DNA of 24,298 nucleotides from Clostridia bacterium (lineage in GTDB: Bacteria > Bacillota > Clostridia > Saccharofermentanales > UBA5734), in the NCBI GenBank assembly GCA_018056585.1, contig JAGPFK010000001.1:1-24298 (forward strand), read 5' to 3'. The notes beneath the pieces are model-generated. The model was not told where the DNA came from, did not search any database, and saw only the letters and a program-made list of their open reading frames with translations. The position numbers were made by a program, and so were the translations under genes. Of this stretch, positions 1-9,262 are shown piece after piece (within the stretch, counting starts at the first letter, position 1; each line of letters begins with the position of its first letter).

Positions 1-1
1 T

Positions 2-397
2 TCCCATCCAAACCTGCCGGACCTGTTGGGCTCTAAGGGTCCCGATGCTGTTATAGGGGAACTGTCCCGGGTGGAAGAGGCCTTTTTCTCTCTGACAGGC
101 CAAAGCATGCCGAAGATCATGAGGCCACCGGAGGGCAGCTACAGCGAGCGGATGCTTGCATTGCTGAGCCAATCCGGCTACAGAGTGGTCTTTTGGAGTT
201 TTGCTTACCGCGATTGGTTGACCGATGAACAACCCGATCCGCAACAAGCACTTCAAAAAATATTAGACAACTTGCATCCTGGCTCTGTTCTTTTGCTGCA
301 TGCCGTATCAAAAACCAATGCGATGATTTTGGACGACTTTATTAACGCGGCTACAGCACGTGGCTATCAATTTAAACCCTTGCCTTTGTCTGAATAG
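2..397 (+). CDS. pdaA: Polysaccharide deacetylase, PdaA-like (muramic delta-lactam-forming N-deacetylase), 5'-truncated by the window edge
   Basis: The frame is open from base 2 (SHPNLPDLLGSK...), so the track start at 26 is artificial. NodB-domain motifs SHP, MRPPEG, VFWSFAYRDW and LLLHAVS are present; the last two resemble the PdaA subfamily as I recall it. Confidence 0.8.
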   Translation, partial: SHPNLPDLLGSKGPDAVIGELSRVEEAFFSLTGQSMPKIMRPPEGSYSERMLALLSQSGYRVVFWSFAYRDWLTDEQPDPQQALQKILDNLHPGSVLLLHAVSKTNAMILDDFINAATARGYQFKPLPLSE

Positions 398-711
398 TCT
401 TAACTTGCGATTTTACCTTTCAATCGGATGAGCCGGTATAAATGGATGTTTTTGCATGTCTTTATTCGTCAACACAGTCCTTGTCTCAGTCATGCCGAAA
501 ATCTCCTGCACCAATTGCCCGAAGTATTCCAACGGCTTGTAGTACGATTCCTTTCCCTATGAGTCGCACCGTCCGATGCATGGTTTCAATGTCGGTTCTT
601 CCCATCCTTCTTTTAAACTCTTTTGCCGTTTCAAACGAAAGGCCACTGGCTGGTCCATTGTGGATTTTACTTTGGGAATTTACACAATTGGGGGGAATTG
701 AGACAAAGGCG

Positions 712-749
712 AAAAAACGCTTGCATTTATTTCCTTTCTGTTATAAAAT
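712..749 (+). promoter_or_regulatory. Sigma-A type promoter for the S10 supercluster
   Basis: A6 tract at 712-717, TTGCAT at 721-726, 17-bp spacer, TAAAAT at 744-749. An overlapping extended -10 TG-T-TATAAA lies at 739-747. Confidence 0.75.
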
Positions 750-754
750 ACACG

Positions 755-1027
755 TTGCGCTGCTTGCCGGCCTGATCGACAAGTGGCAAGCGATGAAGTT
801 GGAGATTGCCGTCAGTTGCCGCTGCGGCCACAGGCGGGTAACTTCAACAGAGCAAGTCTGGCTCAAGAAGCAAGACGACAGGTTTGACCTGATGACGCAG
901 CGTATGCCTCAGGCATGTGCCCAGCGCCGGTCGGACAAAAGAACGGTTGACTGGGCTTTATGATGGAGCAAAAAGAAACGCCCGGCACAGGTGAAACTTG
1001 AAAGCAGAACATGAGGAGGTTTGACCC
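755..1027 (+). promoter_or_regulatory. Structured 5' leader of rpsJ (S10 r-leader candidate)
   Basis: About 270 nt between the promoter and the rpsJ ATG. Stems: GCTTGCC 762-768/GGCAAGC 785-791, TGAAGTT 794-800/AACTTCA 840-846, ATGCC-TCA-GGCAT 904-916, GCCCAG 919-924/CTGGGC 951-956. GCGATGAAGTTGGAGATTGC resembles the start of Firmicute rpsJ leaders as I recall them. Confidence 0.65.
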
Positions 1028-1339
1028 ATGGCATCATCTCAAAGGATCCGTATCAGATTGAAGGCTTTTGACCACAACATTCTCGATGAAAGTGCCGAAA
1101 GGATTGTGGAAACGGCCAAAAGAACTGGCGCAAGCATCTCAGGACCGATTCCTTTGCCAACAGAAAAGGAGATCATCACCATTTTGCGTTCACCGCACAA
1201 ACACAAAGATGCCCGTGAGCAGTTTGAAATCAGGACCCATAAGCGATTGATCGACGTTCTGACTCCCAATACAAGGACAGTGGAAGCGTTGATGAAACTG
1301 GAAATGCCTGCCGGCGTCAACATTGAAATTAAACTTTAA
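1028..1339 (+). CDS. rpsJ: 30S ribosomal protein S10
   Basis: [18 protein letters not shown] and [15 protein letters not shown] motifs; SD GAGGAGG upstream. Confidence 0.99.
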   Translation: MASSQRIRIRLKAFDHNILDESAERIVETAKRTGASISGPIPLPTEKEIITILRSPHKHKDAREQFEIRTHKRLIDVLTPNTRTVEALMKLEMPAGVNIEIKL

Positions 1340-1417
1340 TTCAGCCAGCAGTGTTATTGTCTTGTCACTGCGGTCACGTTCACCGATGTGAACCAATAAC
1401 CAGGAGGTAAACAGAAC

Positions 1418-2044
1418 ATGACAAAGTTCATGATAGGTAAAAAAGCGGGCATGACTCAGCTGTTTGATGAGGATGGTCTGGCAATCCCGGCCACTGTCAT
1501 TGATTGTGGCCCCGTTGTGGTTGTTCAGAACAAGAACCTTGATACAGACGGTTATTGCGCGGTCAAGGTTGGCTATGGCGCTGTTCGGACAGATAAGGTC
1601 AAAAAGCCGGTCAAAGGACAGTATGACAAAGTAGACGTTGAGCCGAGGAAAGTTATGCGCGAATTCAGAACACAAGAAACTTATGAACCAGGCCAGGAAA
1701 TTCGTGTATCCGAAATGTTTCAGTCCGGCGATCACGTTGATGTCGTTGGCGTTTCAAAAGGAAAAGGATATGCCGGCAACATTAAGCGCCATGGACAAAA
1801 AGGCGGACCCGATTCTCATGGTTCCATGTACCACCGCCGTGTGGGTTCCATGGGTCCCACAACCAGTCCGGGCCGTGTTTTTAAAGGGAAAAAAATGCCG
1901 GGACGGATGGGCGGCGAGCGTGTAACCGTGCAAAATCTCAAAGTTATTCTCGTCGATGGAGAGCGGAATATTTTAGTGGTACGGGGTGCTGTGCCCGGCC
2001 CCAAAGGCGGACTTTTGGAAATCAAAACGTCCGTTAAGGCCTGA
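1418..2044 (+). CDS. rplC: 50S ribosomal protein L3
   Basis: GKKAGMTQLF, SKGKG, SHGS.YHRR.GSMG and KMPGRMG motifs; SD AGGAGG. Confidence 0.99.
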   Translation: MTKFMIGKKAGMTQLFDEDGLAIPATVIDCGPVVVVQNKNLDTDGYCAVKVGYGAVRTDKVKKPVKGQYDKVDVEPRKVMREFRTQETYEPGQEIRVSEMFQSGDHVDVVGVSKGKGYAGNIKRHGQKGGPDSHGSMYHRRVGSMGPTTSPGRVFKGKKMPGRMGGERVTVQNLKVILVDGERNILVVRGAVPGPKGGLLEIKTSVKA

Positions 2045-2071
2045 TCATCGGCGCGAAGGAGGAGCATAGCA

Positions 2072-2698
2072 ATGGCAAAAGTTGATGTATACAAGATGGA
2101 TGGCTCCATAACGGGCAGTCTTGAACTGGATGATGCTGTTTTTGGTATTGAACCGAATCAGGATGTTTTGCATCGATCTGTTCTCAGCTATCTGGCTAAT
2201 CAGCGTCAGGGAACACATTCGACGAAAACCAGAAGTGAGGTCAGAGGTGGCGGCAGAAAACCATACAGACAGAAAGGAACAGGCCGTGCACGTCAGGGTT
2301 CCATTCGAGCCCCCCATTATGTTGGTGGCGGCATTGTTTTTGGACCGAAGCCTCGTACTTATACTTATCATATGCCACGCAAGATGCGCCGTCTTGCTAT
2401 GAAATCAGCTTTATCGGCTAAAGTGGCAAGTGGTGATTTGATTGTTGTTGAAGATCTTGTTTTACCCGAGATCAAGACGAAGCAAATGGTTTCTGTTCTG
2501 AATAATTTGGGTGTCGATTCCTCGGCGCTCCTTGTGACGGCAAGCCGGGATGAAATCATTGAGAAATCTGCAAGAAATATCCATGGGATCAAAACGGCTC
2601 TGATCAATACGATCAATGTTTTTGATCTTCTTAAATTTGACAAGATGGTGGTCACTAAAGAAGCCATCCTCAAGGTGCAGGAGGTGTACGCATCGTGA
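2072..2698 (+). CDS. rplD: 50S ribosomal protein L4
   Basis: RQGTHSTKTRSEVRGGGRKPYRQKGTGRARQGSIR and GGG.VFGPKPR motifs. Confidence 0.99.
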   Translation: MAKVDVYKMDGSITGSLELDDAVFGIEPNQDVLHRSVLSYLANQRQGTHSTKTRSEVRGGGRKPYRQKGTGRARQGSIRAPHYVGGGIVFGPKPRTYTYHMPRKMRRLAMKSALSAKVASGDLIVVEDLVLPEIKTKQMVSVLNNLGVDSSALLVTASRDEIIEKSARNIHGIKTALINTINVFDLLKFDKMVVTKEAILKVQEVYAS

Positions 2699-3048
2699 AA
2701 TTAGCGTCTGACATCATCATCCGTCCGGTTATAACTGAAAAAAGCACATCTGATGCCGCCAACGGCCGATACACCTTTGTTGTAAACAAAAATGCGGCCA
2801 AAACTGAGATTCGCAAAGCTTGTGAAGAGTTATTCAATGTCAGGGTGCTGAAAGTTCATACGGTCAATTATAACGGGAAAAAGAAGCGAATGGGTGTTCA
2901 CGAAGGGCTGACCCCTTCATTTAAAAAAGCGATTATTACCATTGATACGGATCCAAAACCCGAGGCCTATCAGGTCAAAGGCGGCAAAACGCAGCATGTG
3001 ACACGCAAGTATAAAAACTCGATTGAAGAATTTGGGTTCGGCCAGTAA
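2695..3048 (+). CDS. rplW: 50S ribosomal protein L23, with about 25 extra residues near the C-terminus
   Basis: IIIRPVITEKS, KTEIRKA.EELFNV.V.KV and KKAI motifs; GTG start overlaps the rplD stop by 4 nt. Confidence 0.98.
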   Translation: MKLASDIIIRPVITEKSTSDAANGRYTFVVNKNAAKTEIRKACEELFNVRVLKVHTVNYNGKKKRMGVHEGLTPSFKKAIITIDTDPKPEAYQVKGGKTQHVTRKYKNSIEEFGFGQ

Positions 3049-3080
3049 GCCGGGCGAGCAGGAAGAAGGAGTGAACAAAA

Positions 3081-3911
3081 ATGGCAGTTAAAAGTTATAA
3101 TCCAACTTCTCCAGCCAGGCGTCAGATGACCGTGGTCGATTATTCAGAAGTATCGACCAAAACGCCTGAGAAGAAGCTACTGGCCAAGAGAAGCAAAACC
3201 GGAGGCCGAAACAGTTATGGCCGCATCACGGTCCGCCACATCGGAGGCGGTAATCGCCGTAAAATCCGTGTCATAGACTGGAAGCGCCAAAAGGACGGCA
3301 TTCCGGCTACCGTTAAGGCCATTGAGTATGATCCGAATCGGACAGCGTTTTTGGCCTTGATTCAATACGCGGATGGTGAAAAAGCTTATATCCTGGCACC
3401 GGAAGGCGTTAAGCCGGGCGATGTGGTTGAAAGCGGCCCAAATGCCGACGTGGTTGCCGGAAATGCGCTTCCGCTGGAATCCATTCCGGTTGGAATCGTT
3501 ATTCACAATATTGAACTCAAGCCCGGAAAAGGAGCTCAGCTTGTTCGAACAGCCGGTGCCGGCGCTCAATTGATGGCCAAGGAAGGATCCTACGCACAAA
3601 TCCGATTACCCTCCGGGGAAGTCCGCATGGTCAGCGTAAAATGTCGTGCAACAATCGGAAATGTTGGTAACAGTGAACATGAAAATGTGAGCATCGGGAA
3701 AGCCGGGCGCAGTCGCCACATGGGTGTTCGGCCGGCTGTCCGTGGTGTTGCAATGAATCCTGTGGATCACCCACATGGCGGCGGAGAAGGCAAGTCTCCC
3801 ATCGGCATGCCAAGTCCTGTTACACCCTGGGGTGTGCCAACATTGGGTAAGAAGACCAGAAACCGCAAGAAACCTTCCAATAAATATATTGTGAAGAGAA
3901 GGAACAGTTAA
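3081..3911 (+). CDS. rplB: 50S ribosomal protein L2
   Basis: [26 protein letters not shown] and [18 protein letters not shown] motifs. Confidence 0.99.
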   Translation: MAVKSYNPTSPARRQMTVVDYSEVSTKTPEKKLLAKRSKTGGRNSYGRITVRHIGGGNRRKIRVIDWKRQKDGIPATVKAIEYDPNRTAFLALIQYADGEKAYILAPEGVKPGDVVESGPNADVVAGNALPLESIPVGIVIHNIELKPGKGAQLVRTAGAGAQLMAKEGSYAQIRLPSGEVRMVSVKCRATIGNVGNSEHENVSIGKAGRSRHMGVRPAVRGVAMNPVDHPHGGGEGKSPIGMPSPVTPWGVPTLGKKTRNRKKPSNKYIVKRRNS

Positions 3912-3929
3912 TCAGGTGGAGGCTTATAT

Positions 3930-4211
3930 ATGAGCAGATCAGTAAAAAAAGGCTATTACGTTCAGGAAGCTCTGATGAAAAAGATCGAAGCGATGAATGA
4001 AAAAAACGAAAAGCGGGTTATCAAAACCTGGTCCAGAGCATCCACTATTTTCCCGGAAATGGTTGGACACACCATTGCCGTTCATGACGGCCGTAAACAT
4101 GTGCCCGTCTATATCATTGAAGATATGGTTGGTCATAAATTGGGAGAATTCGCTCCAACCAGGACCTTCAGGGGCCATGCAGGATCAGAGAAATCCTCTG
4201 CTGCCAGGTAA
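3930..4211 (+). CDS. rpsS: 30S ribosomal protein S19
   Basis: [23 protein letters not shown] and [15 protein letters not shown] motifs. Confidence 0.99.
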   Translation: MSRSVKKGYYVQEALMKKIEAMNEKNEKRVIKTWSRASTIFPEMVGHTIAVHDGRKHVPVYIIEDMVGHKLGEFAPTRTFRGHAGSEKSSAAR

Positions 4212-4238
4212 GACAGGGTGTAAAAGGAGGATTTATTT

Positions 4239-4715
4239 ATGGAAAGAAAGGTTATGAGCAGGGATTATCTGCTGGAGAACCGAGAAGAATTAATTAAGCA
4301 ATATACCGGTACGGACAGGAAATTTCAAAAGCAGGGCTATCTGACCAAAAAAGAAAGAAAAGTGCTGGGCATCGGAAAGGATGAAGGCCGCGCCGAAGCG
4401 CGCAACATTCGGATTTCACCACGCAAAGTCGCCATCGTCGTTGACCTCATTAAGGGGAAAGACCTCGACGAGGCCTACGCTATTTTAAAATATACACCGA
4501 AGGCGGCTTCGCCCGTTTTGACTAAGCTGCTCAAATCGGCCGAGGCGAATGCTGTGAACAACAATAATCTGTCACGTGACAGCCTTTATGTAGCAGATTG
4601 TTATGCAAACCCCGGACCCGTGCTGAAGCGTTACACGCCCAGAGCGCGTGGCTCTGCGTCAAAGATTCACAAAAGAACCAGCCACATCACGGTGGTTCTT
4701 AAGGAAATGGAATAA
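4239..4715 (+). CDS. rplV: 50S ribosomal protein L22, with an N-terminal extension of about 47 aa
   Basis: [30 protein letters not shown] and KRTSHITVV motifs; strong SD AAAGGAGG 8 nt before the ATG at 4239. Confidence 0.98.
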   Translation: MERKVMSRDYLLENREELIKQYTGTDRKFQKQGYLTKKERKVLGIGKDEGRAEARNIRISPRKVAIVVDLIKGKDLDEAYAILKYTPKAASPVLTKLLKSAEANAVNNNNLSRDSLYVADCYANPGPVLKRYTPRARGSASKIHKRTSHITVVLKEME

Positions 4716-4727
4716 GGAGGCTGACAG

Positions 4728-5399
4728 ATGGGGCAGAAAGTAAATCCGCATGGACTGCGCGTCGGTGTCATTAAAGACTGGGATACAAAATGGTATGCTG
4801 ACAAGAAAGATTTCAGCAAGTATCTGATTGAAGATAAAAAAATTCGCGATTTTATAAAAAAGGAATGTTTTAATGCCGGCATATCCCGGATAGAAATCGA
4901 ACGCAAAGGCGACGAAAAGATCCAGGTTACGATCGCGACAGGCAAACCGGGCATCATCATAGGTCGACAAGGTGCCGGAATTGATGAATTGAAAAGGAAA
5001 TTAACGCAGCAATTCAATCGCAACTTCTTTATCAATGTCAGTGAAATCAAGTCCGTTGATACAGATGCGCAATTGGTTGCTGAGAATATTGCCAGGCAAC
5101 TGGAAGAACGTGTCTCGTTCCGTCGGGCAATGAAGCAGGCGATGGGTCGAGCCATGAAAATGGGCGCCCTGGGCATCAAGACGGCTGTCAGTGGTCGCTT
5201 GGGCGGTGCGGAAATCGCCAGAAGCGAGCATTATCATGAAGGGACCATTCCACTTCAGACGCTGCGGGCAGATATTGATTATGGTTTTGCTGAGGCTAAA
5301 ACAACGTATGGTCGGATCGGCGTCAAAGTGTGGGTTTATAAAGGGGAAATATTCCCGGCTCCAAAGAAAGCCGCGGGATTAGAAGGAGGCGAAGCCTGA
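4728..5399 (+). CDS. rpsC: 30S ribosomal protein S3
   Basis: [34 protein letters not shown] and [14 protein letters not shown] motifs. Confidence 0.99.
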   Translation: MGQKVNPHGLRVGVIKDWDTKWYADKKDFSKYLIEDKKIRDFIKKECFNAGISRIEIERKGDEKIQVTIATGKPGIIIGRQGAGIDELKRKLTQQFNRNFFINVSEIKSVDTDAQLVAENIARQLEERVSFRRAMKQAMGRAMKMGALGIKTAVSGRLGGAEIARSEHYHEGTIPLQTLRADIDYGFAEAKTTYGRIGVKVWVYKGEIFPAPKKAAGLEGGEA

Positions 5400-5833
5400 T
5401 GCTGCTTCCAAAGCGTGTAAAATATAGAAAACAACACAGAGGTCGCATGACCGGAAAAGCAACGCGCGGCAACGTTGTAACTTATGGAGAGTATGGGCTT
5501 CAGGCTTTGGAACCTTGTTGGATCACCAGCAATCAGATCGAAGCAGCTCGTATCGCGATCAATCGCTTCATCAAGCGCGGCGGTCAGGTTTGGATCAAAA
5601 TCTTTCCAGATAAGCCTGTTTCAGCCAAACCAGCTGAAACACGGATGGGCTCTGGTAAAGGTGCGCCGGATCATTGGGTGGCTGTTGTCAAGCCGGGTCG
5701 TATCTTGTTTGAAGTGGGAGGCGTGTCTGAAGAGGATGCCCGCGAGGCCTTGCGTCTTGCTGCACATAAACTGCCTTGTAAAACGCGGTTTGTAAAACGA
5801 GAAATGGAAGGTGAAGTCTATGAAACCAAGTGA
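5399..5833 (+). CDS. rplP: 50S ribosomal protein L16
   Basis: [25 protein letters not shown] and ETRMGSGKG motifs; TGATG overlap with rpsC. Confidence 0.99.
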   Translation: MLLPKRVKYRKQHRGRMTGKATRGNVVTYGEYGLQALEPCWITSNQIEAARIAINRFIKRGGQVWIKIFPDKPVSAKPAETRMGSGKGAPDHWVAVVKPGRILFEVGGVSEEDAREALRLAAHKLPCKTRFVKREMEGEVYETK

Positions 5834-6023
5834 ACTTCGGGAAAAATCAATCGCCGAACTGAATGATGAACTCGCAAGTTTAAAAGAAGAACTGTTTCGC
5901 CTTCGGTTTCAGCATGCTGTTAACCAACTGGAAAATCCCCTGAAGCTGCAGAGCGTTAAGCGGGACATTGCCCGGGTTAAGACTATTCTGCGTGAGCGTG
6001 AGCTCAAAGGTATAAATGAATGA
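5820..6023 (+). CDS. rpmC: 50S ribosomal protein L29
   Basis: MKPSELRE..., LKEELF.LRFQ.A..QLENP and [12 protein letters not shown]. Start moved from 5811 to ATG 5820 because SD GAAGGTGA lies at 5807-5814. Confidence 0.97.
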   Translation: MKPSELREKSIAELNDELASLKEELFRLRFQHAVNQLENPLKLQSVKRDIARVKTILRERELKGINE

Positions 6024-6037
6024 AAGGGGAGCGTGTG

Positions 6038-6295
6038 ATGAGCGAACGAAATTTCAGAAAAACACGCGTGGGAGTTGTCAGCAGCGACAAGATGGATAAA
6101 ACCGTTGTCGTGTCCGTTACGGAACATGTGAAACACCCGCTATACAAAAAAATTATTAAGAGGACACGGAAGCTAAAAGCACATGATGAAAACAACAGTT
6201 GTCAAGTCGGTGACAGAGTTCGGTTGATGGAAACCCGCCCGCTGAGTAAAGAAAAGCGCTGGCGCGTCGTTGAGATCATCGAGAAGGCCAAGTAA
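6038..6295 (+). CDS. rpsQ: 30S ribosomal protein S17
   Basis: [25 protein letters not shown] and [11 protein letters not shown] motifs. Start moved from 6020 to ATG 6038 (SD AAGGGGAG at 6024-6031). Confidence 0.98.
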   Translation: MSERNFRKTRVGVVSSDKMDKTVVVSVTEHVKHPLYKKIIKRTRKLKAHDENNSCQVGDRVRLMETRPLSKEKRWRVVEIIEKAK

Positions 6296-6324
6296 ACATC
6301 GGTCAGAGAAGGAGGCAATGAGGC

Positions 6325-6693
6325 ATGATTCAAGTTCAGACAATGCTGAAATCCGCTGACAATACCGGTGCGAAGCAACTGATGTGCATCAAGGTTTTGG
6401 GCGGTTCACGGCGGAAATATGCCAATATTGGTGATGTTATTGTTTGTTCGGTCAAAGAAGCGACGCCGGGCGGCCTTGTAAAAAAAGGCGAAGTGGTGCG
6501 GGCTGTGGTCGTTCGTTCAAAAAAGGGTGTTCGCCGCCCTGACGGATCCTACATCAAATTTGATGAAAACGCAGCAGTTATTATCAGAGACGATAAGAAC
6601 CCGCGAGGGACCCGTATTTTTGGGCCCATAGCCAGAGAACTCAGAGATAAAGACTATATGAAGATTTTATCCCTGGCTCCTGAGGTTCTGTAA
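6325..6693 (+). CDS. rplN: 50S ribosomal protein L14
   Basis: [22 protein letters not shown] and [13 protein letters not shown] motifs. Confidence 0.99.
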   Translation: MIQVQTMLKSADNTGAKQLMCIKVLGGSRRKYANIGDVIVCSVKEATPGGLVKKGEVVRAVVVRSKKGVRRPDGSYIKFDENAAVIIRDDKNPRGTRIFGPIARELRDKDYMKILSLAPEVL

Positions 6694-6709
6694 GGAGGAA
6701 CAAACGCGT

Positions 6710-7051
6710 ATGGCAAGAATGCATGTGCAAAAAGGCGACCTGGTTTTTGTACGAACCGGTAAGGACGGCGGAAAGACAGGGAAAATATTAAAAGTTGATC
6801 CGGATAAAGGTCGGGTTCTGGTCGAGGGAGTCAATCTTGTAACAAAGCATAAGAAACCGCGCGGACGTGGTCAGCAGGGTGGCATTATTGAACAGGAAGC
6901 TTTTATTTCAGCATCAAATGTAATGCTTGTCTGCAGCCAATGCAAACGCCCGAGTAAGACCGGCCGAAAGATACTGGAAAATGGTGAAAAGGTTCGCTAT
7001 TGCAAAGCTTGCGGCGAAATTATTGACACCATTCGGCAGGCACGCAGATAA
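6710..7051 (+). CDS. rplX: 50S ribosomal protein L24
   Basis: KOW motif KGD.V.V.TGKD.GK.GK, then [12 protein letters not shown] and GGIIEQEA. Confidence 0.99.
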   Translation: MARMHVQKGDLVFVRTGKDGGKTGKILKVDPDKGRVLVEGVNLVTKHKKPRGRGQQGGIIEQEAFISASNVMLVCSQCKRPSKTGRKILENGEKVRYCKACGEIIDTIRQARR

Positions 7052-7071
7052 GCGCGGAGGAGGCAGAAAGC

Positions 7072-7611
7072 ATGTTAAGACTGAAAGAAAAGTACAAATC
7101 TGAAGTCGCTCCTGCGATGCAGAAAGCGTTCAATTATAAATCGGTTATGCAGATCCCAAAGCTTGAGAAAATTATTCTCAACATGGGTGTGGGCGATGTC
7201 AGAGAAAATCCAAAAGCTGTCGAAAACGCGGCTCGTGATATGACGTTGATTGCTGGACAAAAGGCGGTCATAACCAAGGCCAAAAAGTCCGTGTCAGCAT
7301 TTAGACTAAGGGAAGGCATGAGCATTGGCTGCAAAGTGACGCTGCGGGGAGACAGGATGTACGCGTTTCTCGATAAGCTGATCAACATTGCGCTGCCGCG
7401 TGTTCGTGATTTCCGCGGTGTCAATCCGAATTCTTTTGATGGTCATGGTAATTATGCCTTGGGTGTCCGTGAACAGCTGATTTTCCCCGAAATTGATTAT
7501 GATCAGATTGATCGCATCCGGGGCATGGATATTATTATTTGTACAACAGCCGAGACAGACGAAGAAGCAAGAGAATTGCTCCGGCTTCTTGGTATGCCTT
7601 TCAGAAAATAA
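7072..7611 (+). CDS. rplE: 50S ribosomal protein L5
   Basis: [27 protein letters not shown] and [10 protein letters not shown] motifs. Confidence 0.99.
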   Translation: MLRLKEKYKSEVAPAMQKAFNYKSVMQIPKLEKIILNMGVGDVRENPKAVENAARDMTLIAGQKAVITKAKKSVSAFRLREGMSIGCKVTLRGDRMYAFLDKLINIALPRVRDFRGVNPNSFDGHGNYALGVREQLIFPEIDYDQIDRIRGMDIIICTTAETDEEARELLRLLGMPFRK

Positions 7612-7624
7612 AACGAGGTGAAAC

Positions 7625-7810
7625 ATGGCAAAGAAGTCATTAATCATAAAACAGCAAGCCGAACCCAAATACAAAACGCGCGCCTATAATCGGTGTAAGC
7701 TTTGTGGGCGTCCGCATGCTTACATCCGTAAGTATGGTGTTTGCCGGATCTGCTTCAGAGAACTGGCCTATAAAGGCCAAATTCCTGGAGTACGCAAGGC
7801 CAGTTGGTGA
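7625..7810 (+). CDS. rpsZ: 30S ribosomal protein S14 type Z (zinc-binding, 61 aa)
   Basis: RCKLCGRP...CRICFRELA...PGVRKASW with all four Cys present. Confidence 0.99.
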   Translation: MAKKSLIIKQQAEPKYKTRAYNRCKLCGRPHAYIRKYGVCRICFRELAYKGQIPGVRKASW

Positions 7811-7835
7811 CCTGCTTCAGGAAGGAGGAAAATAA

Positions 7836-8231
7836 ATGCAGACAACAGATTCCATTGCTAATATGCTGACTTGTATCCGCAATGCCGGAACAGCCGGCCA
7901 TGCGTACTGTGTGGTTCCGTCCTCCGGTATTAAGCAGGCGATTGCCCGCATATTGCTCGAAGAAGGTTATGTTTCGCGCGTTGAGCATATTTCCGATGAG
8001 CATCAGGGGAAACTAAAGATTACATTGAAATATGCGGCAAAAAAGCCGGTTATATCCGGAATCAAACGCATTTCCAAACCTGGCCTGAGAGTTTATGCCG
8101 GCAAAGATGAGTTGCCCAAAGTCTTGGGTGGACTGGGCATCGCGATTATCTCAACATCCAAAGGCATCATGACGGATAAAAAGGCGAGAGAAGAAGGCGT
8201 TGGCGGAGAGGTCATGGCTTATATATGGTAA
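7836..8231 (+). CDS. rpsH: 30S ribosomal protein S8
   Basis: [30 protein letters not shown] and GGEV motifs; the N-terminal motif is atypical (see findings). Confidence 0.99.
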   Translation: MQTTDSIANMLTCIRNAGTAGHAYCVVPSSGIKQAIARILLEEGYVSRVEHISDEHQGKLKITLKYAAKKPVISGIKRISKPGLRVYAGKDELPKVLGGLGIAIISTSKGIMTDKKAREEGVGGEVMAYIW

Positions 8232-8314
8232 ACCATCTCTGAAAAGGGTGGCATCGGCCGGTTCAACAAAGGTCGGCTTGTCACCTGCAATCTAAAGAGC
8301 AGGAGGAAAGGACT

Positions 8315-8857
8315 ATGTCCAGAATAGGGAAAATGCCGATCACAATTCCAGATGGAGTTGAGATCAAGGTTGACGGGTCAACGGTCACGGTCAGCAAGGG
8401 GAACCAAAAGCTGACCCAGGAGATACACCCCGATATGACCGTGACCGTGGAAAACAATATGATTCGGGTCAATCGGCCGGATGATACAAAACAGCATAAG
8501 GCTTTGCACGGTTTGACCCGGTCTTTAGTGAACAACATGATTATTGGTGTGTCACAGGGTTTTTCCAGGACACTGGAGATAAATGGCATTGGCTTTCGAG
8601 CACAAAAGCAAGGCAATAAAATTGTATTGAATCTTGGTTTTTCACATCCACTGGAAATCGTTGAACCTGATGGAATAACCATAGAGGTACCGGCACCGAA
8701 TCGAATTGTGGTCAAGGGTTGCGACAAGCAACGCGTCGGCGAAACGGCTGCCAGAATCCGGGCGCTTCGTGTTCCGGATCCTTACCATGGCAAAGGCATT
8801 AAGTACGATTATGAGGTGCTGAAACTCAAAGAAGGCAAAACGGGTGCCAAGGCATAA
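8315..8857 (+). CDS. rplF: 50S ribosomal protein L6
   Basis: MSRIGKMPI, ALHGLTRSLVNNM..GVS, LGFSHP and PDPYHGKGI motifs. Confidence 0.99.
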   Translation: MSRIGKMPITIPDGVEIKVDGSTVTVSKGNQKLTQEIHPDMTVTVENNMIRVNRPDDTKQHKALHGLTRSLVNNMIIGVSQGFSRTLEINGIGFRAQKQGNKIVLNLGFSHPLEIVEPDGITIEVPAPNRIVVKGCDKQRVGETAARIRALRVPDPYHGKGIKYDYEVLKLKEGKTGAKA

Positions 8858-8877
8858 TGACGAAAGGGTGAAAAGAT

Positions 8878-9246
8878 ATGAGCCAAAAAATCAGTCGAAA
8901 TGATATGCGCAAAAAAAGGCACGCCCGTGTCCGAAAAAAAGTCCATGGCACCAGTGAGCGGCCAAGACTTTGTGTTTTCCGCAGCCTCGGGCATATCTAT
9001 GCACAGGTGATTGATGATACAACCGGTCATACGCTGGTCAGCGCGTCAACGCTTGACAAAGAAATAAAAGAACAGCATATTCCGGGTGGTAATAAGCAAG
9101 GCGCAGCGGCAGTAGGAAAACTGGTTGCTGAACGGGCGTTGAAGCAGGGTATCACGTGTGTGGTCTTTGATCGCGGCGGATACATCTATCATGGCCGTGT
9201 TGCAGCATTGGCTGAAGCAGCCCGGGAAGCCGGACTTAAATTTTAA
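8878..9246 (+). CDS. rplR: 50S ribosomal protein L18
   Basis: [18 protein letters not shown] and [26 protein letters not shown] motifs. Confidence 0.99.
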   Translation: MSQKISRNDMRKKRHARVRKKVHGTSERPRLCVFRSLGHIYAQVIDDTTGHTLVSASTLDKEIKEQHIPGGNKQGAAAVGKLVAERALKQGITCVVFDRGGYIYHGRVAALAEAAREAGLKF

Positions 9247-9262
9247 ACAGGGAGGAACTGTC

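Noticed and set aside
442-963. 173-aa + strand ORF in the pdaA-rpsJ gap, including a 56-codon sub-ORF from ATG 793
   Set aside because: No SD and no recognisable motif; it runs through the predicted promoter and structured leader, which explain the sequence better.
3930-3965. S19 reads KKGYYV where KKGPFV/KKGPYV is usual
   Set aside because: Essentially a single substitution in a moderately variable stretch; I cannot argue significance without an alignment.
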